Shown here piece by piece: positions 46,986 to 61,895 of a stretch of 64,000 nucleotides of DNA (its first letter is position 1; every line of letters begins with the position of its first letter). The translations under genes were made by a program, and so were the position numbers. The stretch is taken from assembly GCF_009914755.1 (NCBI RefSeq), contig NC_060927.1; one strand, written 5' to 3'. This DNA is from the human T2T-CHM13v2.0 reference genome, Homo sapiens. The notes below the pieces were generated by a model. That model did no database searches and had not been told where the DNA came from. It saw nothing but the letters and a program-made list of their open reading frames with translations.

Positions 46986-47989
46986 CAACTACCTGCCTAT
47001 CCTTTATGCCCAGAAAGAAAAAAATCTTTCAAGAACAAGGACAAAATAAAGATATTTTCAAGAAAACCAAAACTGAAAGTTCTTCACAAGCAGATATTCA
47101 GAAAATTATAAAGAATATATATCAGGCAGAAGGAAAAATGGTTCCAGATAGAAGTTCTGAGACGGAAGTAGGAATAAAGAGCAAAATAAGTTGGTCATTA
47201 AATGAGAGACATGTGGAAGGTGGAAGTCAAATAAATACCATCTTCCTGCTGCTTTGACTGTTTCCTTCTAGCGAGTAAGGTATAGGAGATGGATACAGTT
47301 TCTGAAGTAGTATTCCATGCTCATTCACCGGCTTCGTTGGGTGCTGCTGACAGGCGGCTGTGGTGGTTTGGCAATGGCTTTCTAACCCTGAGTCATAATT
47401 AAAGTGCTGTGTTCTTGAATGCAATAGTTCCAGTGCTGGTCTCCTGAGTCCTCACTTTCCTGATACGGGACAGAAGTAGTAGCTCCATTGGTCAGTTTTG
47501 CAGTGTTCTAGGAGTCATTCCTGGGGATTCAGCCTAGAGCTTGATCACCCAACCCTTCCAAAGGTTTTGTAAGCAGCTAATTCCCTATATTAACTCCTTT
47601 TTGCATAAAACATTTAGTTGTTTGCAAACAACAACAGCAAAAACAATGCAAGCTGCTTCAACAATTCATCATGTTGCCAGGTGTGGTGGTGCACCCCTGT
47701 AGTCCCAGCTCCTTGGGAGGCAGAGGCAGGAGGATTGCTTGACCCCAGGAGTTCAAGGTCAGCCTGGCAACACAGCGAGACCCCCATCTCTTAAAAGAAA
47801 AAGCAGGAAACAATTGATCATGTCACATAAAAAAACAACCAGACTTGGTACTGCCAGGGTCCCTTGCCGCTTCTCAGGTCAGCCTTGATGCTGCCTTTCT
47901 CTTTGTGTGGACATAATCCTCAGTTCCAGCCATCTCGTCCAGACATGACAAACTGAGAAGTGTCTGTATTTTTGAGGCTATCTCTTTTT

Positions 47990-49735
47990 AAAACAGGTTT
48001 ATTGAAATATAATTAATATACCGTATAATTTTAAAGTGTACAATTCAATGGTTTTTGGTATATTCGTAGACAGGTGCAACCATCACCACAGTCAGTTTTA
48101 CAAATTTTCATCACTCAAGAAGAACCCCATATCATTTAGTTATCACCTCCCATCCTTGTCCACCACCCCAGACTCTGGAAACCACTAATCTACTTTCTGT
48201 CTCTATAGAATTCCCTATACTGAACTTCCATATGAATGAAATCGTAAGGTCTGTATGGGGAAAAGAAAGAGAGATCAGACTGTTACTGTGTCTATGTAGA
48301 AAAAGGAAGACATAAGAAACTCCATTTTGATCTGTACTAAGAAAAATTCTTCTGCTTTGAAATGCTATTAATCTGTAACCCTAGCCCCAACCCTGTGCTC
48401 ACAGAAACATGCGCTGTATTGACTCAAGGTTAATGGATTTAGGGCTGTGCAGGATGTGCTTTGTTAACAATGTGTTTGAAGGCAGTATGCTTGGTAAAGG
48501 TCATCGCCATTCTCCAGTCTTGAGTACCCAGGGACACAATGCACTGTGGAAAGCCATGGGGACCTCTGCCCAAGAAAGCCTGGGTGTTGTCCAGGCTTCC
48601 CCACACTGAGACAGCCTGAGATGTGGCCTCGTTGGAAGGGAAAGACCTTACATTATAGTCCCCCAGCCGGACACCCATAAAAGGTCTGTGCTGAGGAGGA
48701 TTACTGAAAGAGGAAGGCCTCTTTGCAGTTAAGAGGAAAGCATCTGTCTCATGATCCCCTGGGAATGGAATGTCTTGGTGTAAAACCTGATCGTACATTC
48801 TATTTACTGAGATAGGAGAAAACCGCCCTATGGCTGGAGGTGAGACATGCTGGTGGCAATACTGATCTTTACTGCACGGCAATACTGATCTTTACTGCAC
48901 TGAGATGTTTATGTAAAGTTAAACATAAATCTAGCCTACGTGCACATTCAGGCATAGCACCTTTCCTTAAACTTATTTATGACACAGAGTCTTTTGTTCA
49001 CGTGTTTTCCTGTTGACCCTCTCTCCACCATTACCCTATAGTCCTGCCACATCCCCCTCACTGAGATAGTAGAGATAATGATCAATAAATACTGAGGGAA
49101 TTCAGAAACCAGTGCCGGTGCAGGTCCTCACTTGCTGAGTGCCGGTCCCCTGGGCCCACTTTTCTTCCTCTATGCTTTACCTCTGTGTCTTATTTCTTTT
49201 CTCAGTCTCTCGTCTCCACCTTGCGAGAAATACCCACAGGTGTGGAGGGGCAGGCCCCCTTCAGTCTCTGGAGGCCTTTGTGGCTGGCTTCTTTCACTTA
49301 GCAGAATGTTTTCGTGGTTCGTCCGTGTTGTAGCAGGTATCAGTACGTCCTTACTTTTTATGGCCAAGTGATATCCCATTGTGTGGATATACCATATTTT
49401 GTGTGCCCATTCATCCATTGATGAACCTCTGAGTTGTTTCCATGTTTTGGCTATTGTAAACAGTGCTACTATAAACTTTTGTGTACAAGTTTATTCGTGG
49501 ACATATGTCTTCATTTCTCTTGGTATATACGTGAAGTCCCTGCATCCTATGGTAACTTTATGTTTAATCATTTGGGGAAACTTCCAGGTTGTTTTCCAAA
49601 GTGGCTGTATCATTTTACATTCCCACCAGAAATGTATGACGGTTCTAACCAACACTTGTTATCTGACTTTTGGGTTCCATCCATCTCAGTGGGTGTGAAG
49701 TGGTATCTCATTGTGGTTTTGATTTGCACCTGCAT
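47990..49735 (-). mobile_element. L1M 3' end fragment split by an LTR insertion
   Basis: Typical L1M 3'UTR antisense text on both sides of the LTR (TGAACTTCCATATGAATGAAATC...CTGGCTTCTTTCACTTAGCAGAATG). Confidence 0.7.
48254..49263 (+). mobile_element. Solo HERV-K LTR5 (older, LTR5A-like)
   Basis: T(A)TGGGGAAAAGAAAGAGAGATCAG...GGCCCCCTTCA, about 1010 bp; TSD-like GTCTG/GTCTC; internal 23-bp tandem duplication at 48855-48900. Confidence 0.88.
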
Positions 49736-50171
49736 TTCTCTTTAAGATCAAGGAAATCTTTTCCAGAAGTTCACCAGCAGACTTTCTATCAAGTGCTGTT
49801 GAACAGAACTGCATCAAATACACCTTCCCAAACCAGTCACTGGCAAGGGAAATGAGATTACTGATGAAGACTCACCTCCTGGGTTGGAGCTGGCACTGTG
49901 GGAGCTTACCCTAACAACAGGTTCTGTTAGGAAGGAGGAAGGAGGCAGAGGATCAGCTAGCTGTGTGGCTGCTACACGTGGCTTCCACGGGCTCTCACAG
50001 CTTTCCTCCTCCTCAGGCCATTTGTTCTTAGGCTTCTCTTCCTCTGTCCACCCCTTAAATGTCAATGTTCCTGGTCTTCAATGTCCTCCATATACACTCT
50101 TTTGGATCATCTCATTTATTCTCATGGTTTCCATTTCTACTTGATGCCTTCTGAAATTGCTTCTTTTCTGA

Positions 50172-51072
<901 letters not shown>

Positions 51073-51348
51073 TATGAACCTATTCTTATCCCTGTCTTAC
51101 ACACAAATGAACAGGCTTTTTGCAAAAGGTAACGGAACTACTAAGTTGGTGGAGCTGGAAGATGGACCCGGTCTGTTTGACTCCACTGCCCTGCTCCACT
51201 GCCCGTTAGGCTTCTGTACCTGCTTCAAACACAGGGCAGCCCAAAAGAACTCATCACCTTCCCTGGAATGAGCCCTGTCCCCATGCTCCCTACAGCAATG
51301 AGGAAACTACCATGTATTAGTGTCCCACACTCCTGGTACCAATTTACT

Positions 51349-51706
51349 GTGTTAATCTATTCTCACACTGCTATAAAGAACTGCCCAAGACTGGGCAATT
51401 TCTAAATAAAAGAGGTTTCATTGACTCACAGTTCTACATTGCTGGGGAAGTTTCAGGAAACTTACAGTCATAGCGGAAGGGGAAGCAGGCACCTCTTCAC
51501 AAGGTGGCAAGAGAGAGTGTGAGTGGAGGAAATGACGGACGCTTATGGAACCATCAGATCTCATGAGAACTCCCTAACTATCCGAAGAACAGCGTGGGGG
51601 AAACCACCCCATGATCCGATCCTCTCCCACCGGGTCTTTCCCTCAACACTTGGGGATTACAATTCAAGATGAGATTGGGGCGGGGACACAAAAGCCTAAC
51701 CATGTC
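51349..51706. mobile_element. MaLR MST LTR
   Basis: CACTGCTATAAAGAACTGCCCAAGACTGGG...CAATTCAAGATGAGATTGGG. Confidence 0.8.
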
Positions 51707-54700
51707 ATACCATTTGCCCAATTTAGTCCAGAATCCCACGGGCTATCTCCCTCCTCCTTTGTCCCTGCACTACGTAATGCCAACGTTGCTTGCTAATTAT
51801 TCCTTGAACCCAGCTCTTGTTCCTCATTCTCCACTGTCATTGTCTGAGTCCAGGTATGCTGTGACTGGTGTGCATGTACCTGGGATTTCTTAGCCTTAGG
51901 GGTGGCTGGCTGTGCAGAATCTTTGGATGGCTGGAGGCCCTGGGTTGGTTGTTTCTGTTTGCAAACAGCCCCCTCCTTTGTTAACCAGTGTGTCATATAA
52001 CAGCAATCATTTTCTGTGGATGAATAATGAGGGAGATGGTAAGAAGCATGACCTGGAGGAGACTGCACCGCCATCCGCCTCTCCACTTTCCCTCTCTCAC
52101 TGCATCCTTCCTCCTGACTGCGGCAGAGACAGGCCGAATCACTCCCCTGTGAGAAACCTCTGGATGGGGGGCCATCCCCTCACCACCCTGAGGACCAGGT
52201 CCACATTCCTTACTGTGGCTGACAAGGCCCTCCATAGCTTCCAGTGTCCCCTTCCCGCCTCCACTCCTGTGTTCGTGAGTAGAATTCGGTGCTCCAGAAA
52301 CATCACGCCTTTCTGCAGCCCTCTCCTCTATTCCGTGCTGTTTCTCACCCCAGCTTCTTGGCTCACACGGTTTCACTTACCCAATACGCTAATAACATGG
52401 AGGTTAAGACCAGCGGTGGCATCAGGTAACCCGGTTCAAGTCGTTGCTCTCTGTCACTTGTTCATGGTGAAAGCACTCAATCTCTCTGAACCCCAATTTA
52501 TACCTCAGCTTTAAAACAAGTACCTATCTCAGGGCTGTTGTGAAGATGAAATGAAGAAAATATGCAGACATAAGTGGTTGCTTTCTTTATCCATCTTGCT
52601 TAACTGCCCTAACCCCCAAGAAGTCTTCCCTAACCCTCCTTCTGAAGGACCCTGTGCAAAACTCTGCAGGCGCCATGCGCTGACTGTTGTCTGATTATTT
52701 CTCTGCCCTGCTTGGCTGAGGTCTCCCAGGCATGGAGTCCCTTTGAGATTCATCTCCAGCCTGGGTGGGCCCACTGGGGCCCATCTGTCAAGGACAGAGC
52801 AGGAGGTCCTCCGGAGAAGGTGACAACGTAGTGGGGCATCGACCATAACAAATGCGGGAGCTCCAGGGAACGACCCCCGCCCGCTGGCGTCTCTCCAGTC
52901 TGAGACCCCACTGGAGGAGCTGTCCATGTGGCTGCCTCTCGCCTTTTATCCCAGGGGACAGAGCCAACGCCAAGCATGGCAACCACCCACCTTAACCTAA
53001 TCAGGATGCAGCCTGCTCATTAATTCATTCATTCATTCAGAGGGATCTGTCCGGGTGCGGGTCCAGCACGGGTCCAAATCCTGCATCTCCAGTAGCCTCC
53101 TGGGGGTCGGTCGTCGGGAGGGCTCGTGAGCGGAAGGCTTTAGGATGAAGCGACAGGGCCCAGAGTCGTGGAGATTGGACTGGGGGGCAGGGGAGCAGGC
53201 ATTGACAACCACGCCGACAGGGGCATCCCGCGCGCCTGTGTGGGAGAATGTGTAGGGCAAGCAGCAGGGAGAGACCATCTCAGAGACAGGGGAACAGCCA
53301 AGCAGAAACCACTGTGCTGGGCGCGGGGGGAGGCCGGGAAAGACAGCACATCTGCGGGGCGGGAGGAGGGGAGGGAAGGGAGTAGAAACACTGCTCCCGC
53401 CAGCCGCGGGTGATGGGGACACGTGTCCAGCTCGCTGAGTCCGAGGGCCTGGGCCCGCTTTGGGTGCCCTGTTTCTCCGGCGCCCAGGTGTGTGCGCAGA
53501 ACCGTGTCTGCTCCAGGGACAGCCGTGAATGAGCGCCGTCCGGAGTGGCAGGGCCATCAGGTGTGGCTCATTCCAAGAAAGGTCCGTACCTTCACATGTA
53601 AACTTCCTGGCAAAGCTGCTGGGTTGCCGCTTATGGGAGAAGGCGGCGGGCCCAAGGTTCGGCCCCTTTGTCTGAATCTGGCATTTGGAGCAGGCTTTAA
53701 GACTTCGGGAAAAGCCGGGCCCCTGTGCAACCACCAAAGGCTGCTTCTCCCGCCCTCAGGACTAAGATCTTGTTCCAGTCCTCCAGTCCTCGGGGTCTAC
53801 TCCAGGGGTACAAGGTGAGAGTGGCTCTCCAGAGTGCATTTGCCTTTTGGTGCCGCACTGCATCCTCACTTTGACCCTGAGCGCTGCAGTAAGCCCTGCA
53901 GGGTGCTCCACCTTGAAGCACGGGAAGATCTGATGCTGGCCGCCTTCTTCCTTCGGTTGCCTGAAAGGGCCCGTGTTTATCCTTCGCTTCACAGAGAACG
54001 CAACACACAACATTAAACACACATAGAGAGTGAAAGAGAACAAGGCATCTTCATCAAGGAGGGCGCACCATTTAACCACCCGCGACCTTGCAGTGCGCCT
54101 CTGCAAAGTGGGGACTCCGCTCTGTAGCAGGAGATGGGGGTGTTGACGATTTTGAAAGTAGTTCTCAGTTTTCCGAGGCAAAGGTGTCTGGGGCTGACGA
54201 ATGACTTTTGAGAAGAAGGAATGATGAGAAATGTCCTCATTACAGAACTTTCCCGGCCACACTGTGAGTCCCACGCAAAGACCCCATGACCACCAACCGG
54301 AGCGCTGGGTGCTCCCTGGCAGGGTCACCTTTGCTTTTTGCGCGCCCCCATGCCACCCCTGGGGCAGGAGGCCATCCTCTTATCCTGGGAGTGCAGGCCT
54401 GGCCCGAAGTGCAGCCCCCGAGGCCGGGAGCCGAGATTCTTCTCGGCTTCGTGCTCAGAGCTTTGCAGCGTGGCATGGTTTCCTCCTCTTGCCCTGTTGC
54501 TGTTTCATACCAGGGGGAACTGAGACCCAGTCGGGTTATGGGCCTCCCTGAGAACACTGGCCTCTAGCAGAAGCAGATTCAACCCCAGGCCTCAACCTGC
54601 GCCCAGACCCGTGCCCTGGAGTGGAGTTTACCCACTGCCGCCCTTCCTGGGCAAATGTCACCGCTGCCTCCGTCCCCCTAGGTCCGGGGCGGGTCAGTGC

Positions 54701-54899
54701 TTCGAGCCAGCGGACCCCGGCCTAGGGACAGGTGCCTGCGAGAATGCGGGGGGCGGCCCCCAGCTCCCCTGCCCTCCTCCCTAGAGGCTGGGCCTGCTGG
54801 TCTCCCGGCTGCGCGCAAGGTGGGAACGCGGCCGACTTGGTCCGCTCGCCCTCCCCGCACCCGCTCCTCTGGAGCCGCTGGGGCTGCGCACCGACTCAC

Positions 54900-55050
54900 C
54901 CGCGCGGCCTCCGGGCTGCGCCTTCAGCGCTGGCGGCGTCCTGCCCGGCGAGGGCCAGGGTCCCAGGAGGCCCCGGAGGCGGCGGGACCGCAGGGCGGAG
55001 GGGAGGCCGTGGGAGCGGCCGGGCGCGCCTCAGCAGCGCGGAGACTGGGG
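54900..55050 (-). other. PIGZ: Probable PIGZ non-coding exon 1 (5' boundary approximate)
   Basis: Consensus donor GCGCGG|GTGAGT (plus 54894-54899) inside the CpG island; exon 2 begins at an acceptor, so an upstream exon is required. Confidence 0.6.
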
Positions 55051-56257
55051 CCGCCGCCGCCGGCGCAGGGCGGGCCGGGAGGGAGGAGGAGCGCGCGGGC
55101 GGGGCCGCCGTGTACGTCCCCGCGCTCCCGCCCGGCCTGGCCCCGCGGTCCCGGAGCGAGCTGGGGCCGCGCTGGGGAGGGTCCTGGGGGCGCCGCCGTC
55201 CCTCGGGCCGGGCAACGCCGGGCGGGGACCGGTCTCGCCCCGCCGCGCTCGGGCTCCCTCCCCGGCGGCCCCTCCTCGGCGAACAGCCTTTCGGCGCGGG
55301 GGGCTGTTAAACCAGACACCCCAGGCCACACTCCTCTCGTTCGAAATGACCATTTCGGGGTTCTCCGTGGCGGGGATCTCCGCCGCCGCCGTCCCCCTTC
55401 CACGCGCGGGAGGTCGGCGAGGGCAGGGCGGGGACCCGGAGTGCGGCCCCCGGTCCTGCTTCGTGGCCCGAAACGCCTCGCAATGGAGTCACTCATGACA
55501 GGGGACTCAGCGCACGGGGCGGCTGCTGAGCCCCGCAGCGATCGGCGGGCGTGAGGGGTTCCCCGGCGTGGTTGCCCGGGAGCCTGTCAGCCCCAGCAGC
55601 CCTGACAGGAAAGGGAAGTCGAGAGGAGGCTGAGCGAACGGCCGCCACCCCCGCGGGACGCTGACCCGGGCGGACCCCGAGGGGCCTCTCCCCGCGCCAG
55701 AGCGCGGCGTGCGCGGGGAAGCGCGACCCACCGGGGTCGGCGACGGCGCGCGGGGCGGGCGCGGCGGTTCCCTCTCCTCCGCCCGTGCCCGTGGGATCGG
55801 CGGGCTTGTCGGGCTGGGAGAGCCTCGTGGAACCCGGGCATCCGGGCAGCAGCGGCCTCCGAGCCACTGTGGAGGCGCCCGGGGTCGGCACGGCGAGGCC
55901 GACGGGGACCTGACACGGTCACGCGGCGCCGGGGAGCAGGTTCGAGTGGCCGGGCGTGGCCGTGCTGCCCCTCCGCGTTCCGCAGGCGGCGACGGGCGAG
56001 CGGCCCTAGCGGGCTGCAGGGAGGACGCCGCGTGGACGGAGAGCCGGCGCCCGGGGGCCAGATCCCCTCCCGGGACGGGGCGCCAGGTCCCCGCGAGCTG
56101 CGGCGCGACGCGCGGGCACCCGTGTCCCACCCGGTGGCCTCGCCGCTGCGGGCTGCGCTGAGAGCGGGGTGGCGCGACGCGGTCCCTCACCGCAGGGGGA
56201 AGACGGCACCACCGCGTCCCGGCCGCTGGAGCTTCCCGCCCGCGCCGCCGGCCCGAC

Positions 56258-56272
56258 GCTGCCCCCTGGCGG
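56258..56272 (-). promoter_or_regulatory. CTCF core motif
   Basis: Minus strand reads CCGCCAGGGGGCAGC, close to the CTCF core consensus CCASYAGRKGGCRS. Confidence 0.6.
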
Positions 56273-56461
56273 GAGAGCGCTGCAGGGGCCCCGGCGAGGC
56301 CGCAGGACCCGACCTCCCCGCCGGCCTCGCACTCCCGCGCCGCCTCCGAGGGTCGGCAGCCGGATCGCCCTCCGTGCCCCATAGCACCCCTCACACTAAA
56401 AACGACGACTTTATTAAGATGTGAGGTATTCTATACATACGATAAATACCAGGAAATTTAA

Positions 56462-56662
<201 letters not shown>

Positions 56663-58106
56663 TGACTTCTGACACGCGAAACCACCAGGCTAGTCTCCCC
56701 CCGAGTTCAAGAAGTCCTCTCCTCCCAAAAGTACCCTCCTGCCCCTCTGCAGCTAACCCCTCACCTCCCCTCCGCCCTGGTTCCAGACAACTGCTCCTCT
56801 GATTTCTGTCACTGCCCTTTGCCTCTCTCGCAATTGCATGCAAGGAGAACCATTCACCGTGTGGTCTTTTGTGCCTGGCTTTCTTCGCTTGGCACCATGC
56901 AGCTGAGCGTCGCCCGTGTGGCGTGTGTGTGTTGTATTTTCCTCTACCTTGGTCTTGAGACCTCCCTGGAGAGCCACTGTAAAGGCCAACTCTGCCCTGA
57001 CAGGGCTCCTGGGATTTGGGCGTGGGTGTTTGCCGTGGGCCTTTCATGGGGCACCTCTGTATCCTGGCTGACCTGTGACCGGGTGTCCCTCTCCCAGGAG
57101 ACATATTTATCCTGGCAGATCTCCTTGTGCTTCTTGTCTGACCTGTATCTAGTTTATTCCTACCAAGATAGCTGCTCTCTAGGAAAAGCCCTGACCAGGG
57201 AAAACGTTACGTTTGAGCGTCTCAGTCAGGCATGACACAGAGCAGGCAACACAACGAAACACAGGAACTAACAGAAGTGGTCCTATTACTTACAGATCCA
57301 CAGGGGAAGAGGGCACACTGAGGGCCGTCGGGAATGTCTTGGGGACACTGTACACAATCGTTGTGGGGGTGGGGGGAGCCAGAGAGAGACGGACCTGTGG
57401 GCTGAGGCTTTTATTGGAGTGCAGGGCATTACTCAAGCAGTTTTCCCAAGGGGAGCTCTAATTGGTTCACCTAGAGGAGCGAACTGGAGTCCTGTGGGGC
57501 CACCTTGTGACTTAGGGGTGGTCACTGAGACATATCTGCATAGTCCATGCAGGGTGTGGGCGTCAGTGGGGTGAGTCTAGTTGGTTGTATGTATACATCC
57601 CACAAGGAGGCAGTTACCAGGAGGTGGCTACCTAGGACCAGATATCTGGACGGAATGTGTTGAGATACTGTTTCCAGCAGAGAGCTGGAAACTGTATCCA
57701 AGGTGACTAAGCCCTGCTTCTAGTATGAAATTGTTAACCCTATATTCAAAATGGATACTGAAGCAACCTAAAATTTCAGGTATTTACTAAAGTGTGTATC
57801 AAGTTCCCTCCTTACCACTGGTGAGTAGTATTCCATTGTATGGATATGCCACAGGCTGTTTGTCCATTTGGACATTGATGGATGGACTAAAGTTGGCCAA
57901 GCTGGGCTGGTGGGGAGGCACCCTCTCAGGACCCCAAAGGAGGATGCGGGGTTGTTGTTGGATGTCTGGGTTGTTTCCAGTTTGAAGGCATTGTGAATAA
58001 AACTGACTTGAGCCTTCCTAGAAAGTTTTTTGAATATACATATGTTTCATTTCTCTCGGATAAAATGCCTGGAAGTAGGCGGGATGGCTTGGTTGCATGG
58101 TGAGTC

Positions 58107-59140
<1,034 letters not shown>

Positions 59141-59364
59141 CTGTTTTTTCATTTTCCTAATGTTATCTTTCAAAGAGCCAAAGTTTCTAATTGTGACAGC
59201 GTCCAATTTATTAAACATTTTCCTTGATTGCCTACCTTAAGGTAAGGTTGCAAATATTTTCTCCTATATTTTCTTCTAGAATTGTATAGTTTTGGCTTTT
59301 TGTTTAGGTCTATGATACACTCAAACTAACTTTATGGGTGGTGTGAGGTAAGAATCAAGGGTCT

Positions 59365-60918
59365 TATTTATTTATTTATTTATTTAAGATGGAGTCTCAT
59401 TGTCTCCCTCTCCCTCGCCCTCGCCCTCGCCCTCGCCCTCGCCCTCTCCCTCTCCCCACGGTCTCCCTCTGATGCCGAGCTGAAGCTGGACGGTACTGCT
59501 GCCTGATTCTCCCGCCTCAGCCTGCCGAGTGACTGCGATTGCAGGAGCGCGCCGCCACGCCTGACTGGTTTTCGTATTTTTTTGGTGGAGACGGGGTTTC
59601 GCTGTGTTGGCCGGGCTGGTCCCCAGCCCCTAACCGCGAGTGATCCGCCAGCCTCGGCCTCCCGAGGTGCCGGGATTGCAGACGGAGTCTCGTTCACTCA
59701 GTGCTCAATGGTGCCCAGGCTGGAGTGCGGTGGCGTGATCTCAGCTCACTACAACCTCCACCTCCCAGCCGCCTGCCTTGGCCTCCCAAAGAGCCGAGAC
59801 TGCAGCCTCTGCCCGGCCGCCACCCCGTCTGGGAAGTGAGGAGCGTCTCTGCCTGGCCGCCCATCGTCTGGGATGTGAGGAGCCCCTCTGCCCGGCTGCC
59901 CAGTCTGGGAAGTGAGGAGCGTCTCTTCCCGGCCGCCATCCCATCTAGGAAGTGAGGAGCGTCTCTGCCCGGCCGCCCAACGTCTGAGATGTGGGGAGCG
60001 CCTCTGCCCCGCCGCCCCGTCTGGGAGGTGAGGAGCGTCTCCGCCCGGCAGCCGCCCCGTCCCGGAGGGAGGTGGGGGGTCAGCCCCCCGCCCGGCCAGC
60101 CGCCCCGTCTGGGAGGTGTGCCCAACAGCTCATTGAGAACGGGCCATGATGACAATGGCGGTTTTGTGGAATAGAAAAGGGGGAAAGGTGGGGAAAAGAT
60201 TGAGAAATCGGATGGTTGCCGTGTCTGTGTAGAAAGAGGTAGACATGGGAGACTTTTCATTTTGTTCTGTACTAAGAAAAATTCTTCTGCCTTGGGATCC
60301 TGTTGATCTGTGACCTTGCCCCCAGCCCTGTGCTCTCTGAAACATGTGCTGTGTCCACTCAGGGTTAAATGGATTAAGGGCGGGGCAAGATGTGCTTTGT
60401 TAAACAGATGCTTGAAGGCAGCATGCTCGTTAAGAGTCATCACCAATCCCTAATCTCAAGTACCCAGGGACACAAACACTGCGGAAGGCCGCAGGGCCCT
60501 CTGCCTAGGAAAACCAGAGACCTTTGTTCACTTGTTTATCTGCTGACCTTCCCTCCACTATTGTCCTGTGACCCTGCCAAATCCCCCTCTGCGAGAAACA
60601 CCCAAGAATGATCAATTAAAAAAAAAAAAAAAAAAAAGATGGAGTCTCGCTCTGTTGCCCAGGCTGGAGTGCAGTTGCATGATCTCGGCTCACTGCAACC
60701 TCCGCCTCCTGGGTTCAAGTGATTCTCCTGCCTCAGCCTCCTGAGTAGCTGGGATTACAGGCACCCGCCACAACACCTAGCTAACTTTTGTATTTTTAGT
60801 AGAGACAGGGTTTCAACATGTTGGCCAGGCTGGTCTCGAACTCCTGGCCTCAAGTGATCCACTGGCCTTGGCCTCCCAAAGTGCTGAGATTACAGGCGTG
60901 AGCCACCGTGCCCGGCCA
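59365..60918 (-). mobile_element. Antisense Alu split by the SVA (tail 59365-59398, body 60638-60918)
   Basis: (ATTT)n tail left of the SVA; the Alu body resumes after the TSD. Confidence 0.9.
59402..60637 (+). mobile_element. SVA retrotransposon (hexamer, Alu-like, short VNTR, SINE-R, poly(A))
   Basis: (CCCTCT/CCCTCG)n head; VNTR units GCCCGGCCGCC..CGTCTGGGAAGTGAGGAGC; LTR5-derived SINE-R; ATTAAA plus A-tail; 13-bp TSD AAGATGGAGTCTC (59386-59398 and 60636-60648). Confidence 0.96.
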
Positions 60919-61747
60919 AGGCTCATTTTTAGATATAGATCTAGATATCCACTTTTCTAGTACCATTTGTCGAGAAAGCTATCTTTACCTTGACACCTTT
61001 GTCAAAAATCACCTGTGGTTAATCCAGTGCTGGAGATAAGCAGGAGGTGCTCTGGGTGCCTTGAGAAGGGGGCACCCAATTAATCCAGCCAGGTCTAGTC
61101 CAGGAAGCCTTCCCAGAGGGGCAACAAAGGAATCCAGGCAGAGGGTCTGTTGGTAGCTTAGAGTTGTGTTTTTGTGGATTGTGTAGGTATAGCGGGGTGT
61201 GGGGAAGACGTAGAGCTAGAAGTAGGCAGGACCCAGATTGGGGTGGGGCGGGGACCTCATGTGCTTTGCTAAGGAGCATGCACTTTTTCCTGGGAGTGAT
61301 GAGGGGCCACCGAGAGGCTTAGGCAGGGAAATAACACAGCCAGACTCTGGCAGTTTGGAACATTGACTCCGGCTGAGGAGGAAGGACTGAAGGAGGTTAA
61401 AATGGAGGCAGGCTGGCCAGTAACTGGGAGGTGATGATAGGAAGGGAAATTTCCTCTGATTATTCTTTTTGTTTTCTCTTTTAGTTAGAGGTGGAGTCTC
61501 ACTAAGTTGCCCAGGCTGGTCTCAAACTCTTGGCCTGAAGCAACCCTCCTGCCTTGGCCTCCCAAAGTGCTGGGATTATAGGCATGAGCCACCATGCTTG
61601 GTCTACCTTGTTTTAAGAGTTGACTTTCGTATCATGCTGGAGAATGACCTATTCTAAATAAATGCCGTGGAATTCAGTAGGTAGAAGCCACAGGACTTGG
61701 TGACTGTTTTGGAGTGAGACTGACAGAAAGATGTTCTGTCTGGGGGA

Positions 61748-61895
61748 GTGGTTCTCAGCCTTCTTTCAGACTGATCATGCTGGACTTCCTGCCAGAGGCT
61801 CTGTGTCTGAGGGCCAGCAGGGAGGCCCAGGCCTCCGTGTTTTACAGGCCTCCACGGTGGCTTCTGATGTACAGCCAGCATTGAGAACCACTGCT
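61748..61895. mobile_element. MER5-type hAT MITE
   Basis: GTGGTTCTCA ... TTGAGAACCACTG inverted termini. Confidence 0.6.

Larger units (their letters stand above)
54600..56400. promoter_or_regulatory. CpG island / PIGZ promoter
   Basis: Very high GC and CpG content, multiple GC boxes (GGGCGG); contains the putative exon-1 donor. Confidence 0.88.

Noticed and set aside
54678-56424. Multiple 100-295 aa ORFs in the PIGZ CpG island
   Set aside because: Stop-codon depletion from extreme GC content; Arg/Pro/Gly/Ala composition and no domains.
59800-60120. Regularly spaced ~40-bp repeats resembling a CRISPR-like array
   Set aside because: These are the SVA VNTR: tandem units with no unique spacers, in eukaryotic DNA.
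59694-60446. 250-aa minus-strand ORF
   Set aside because: Antisense translation of the SVA VNTR and SINE-R.
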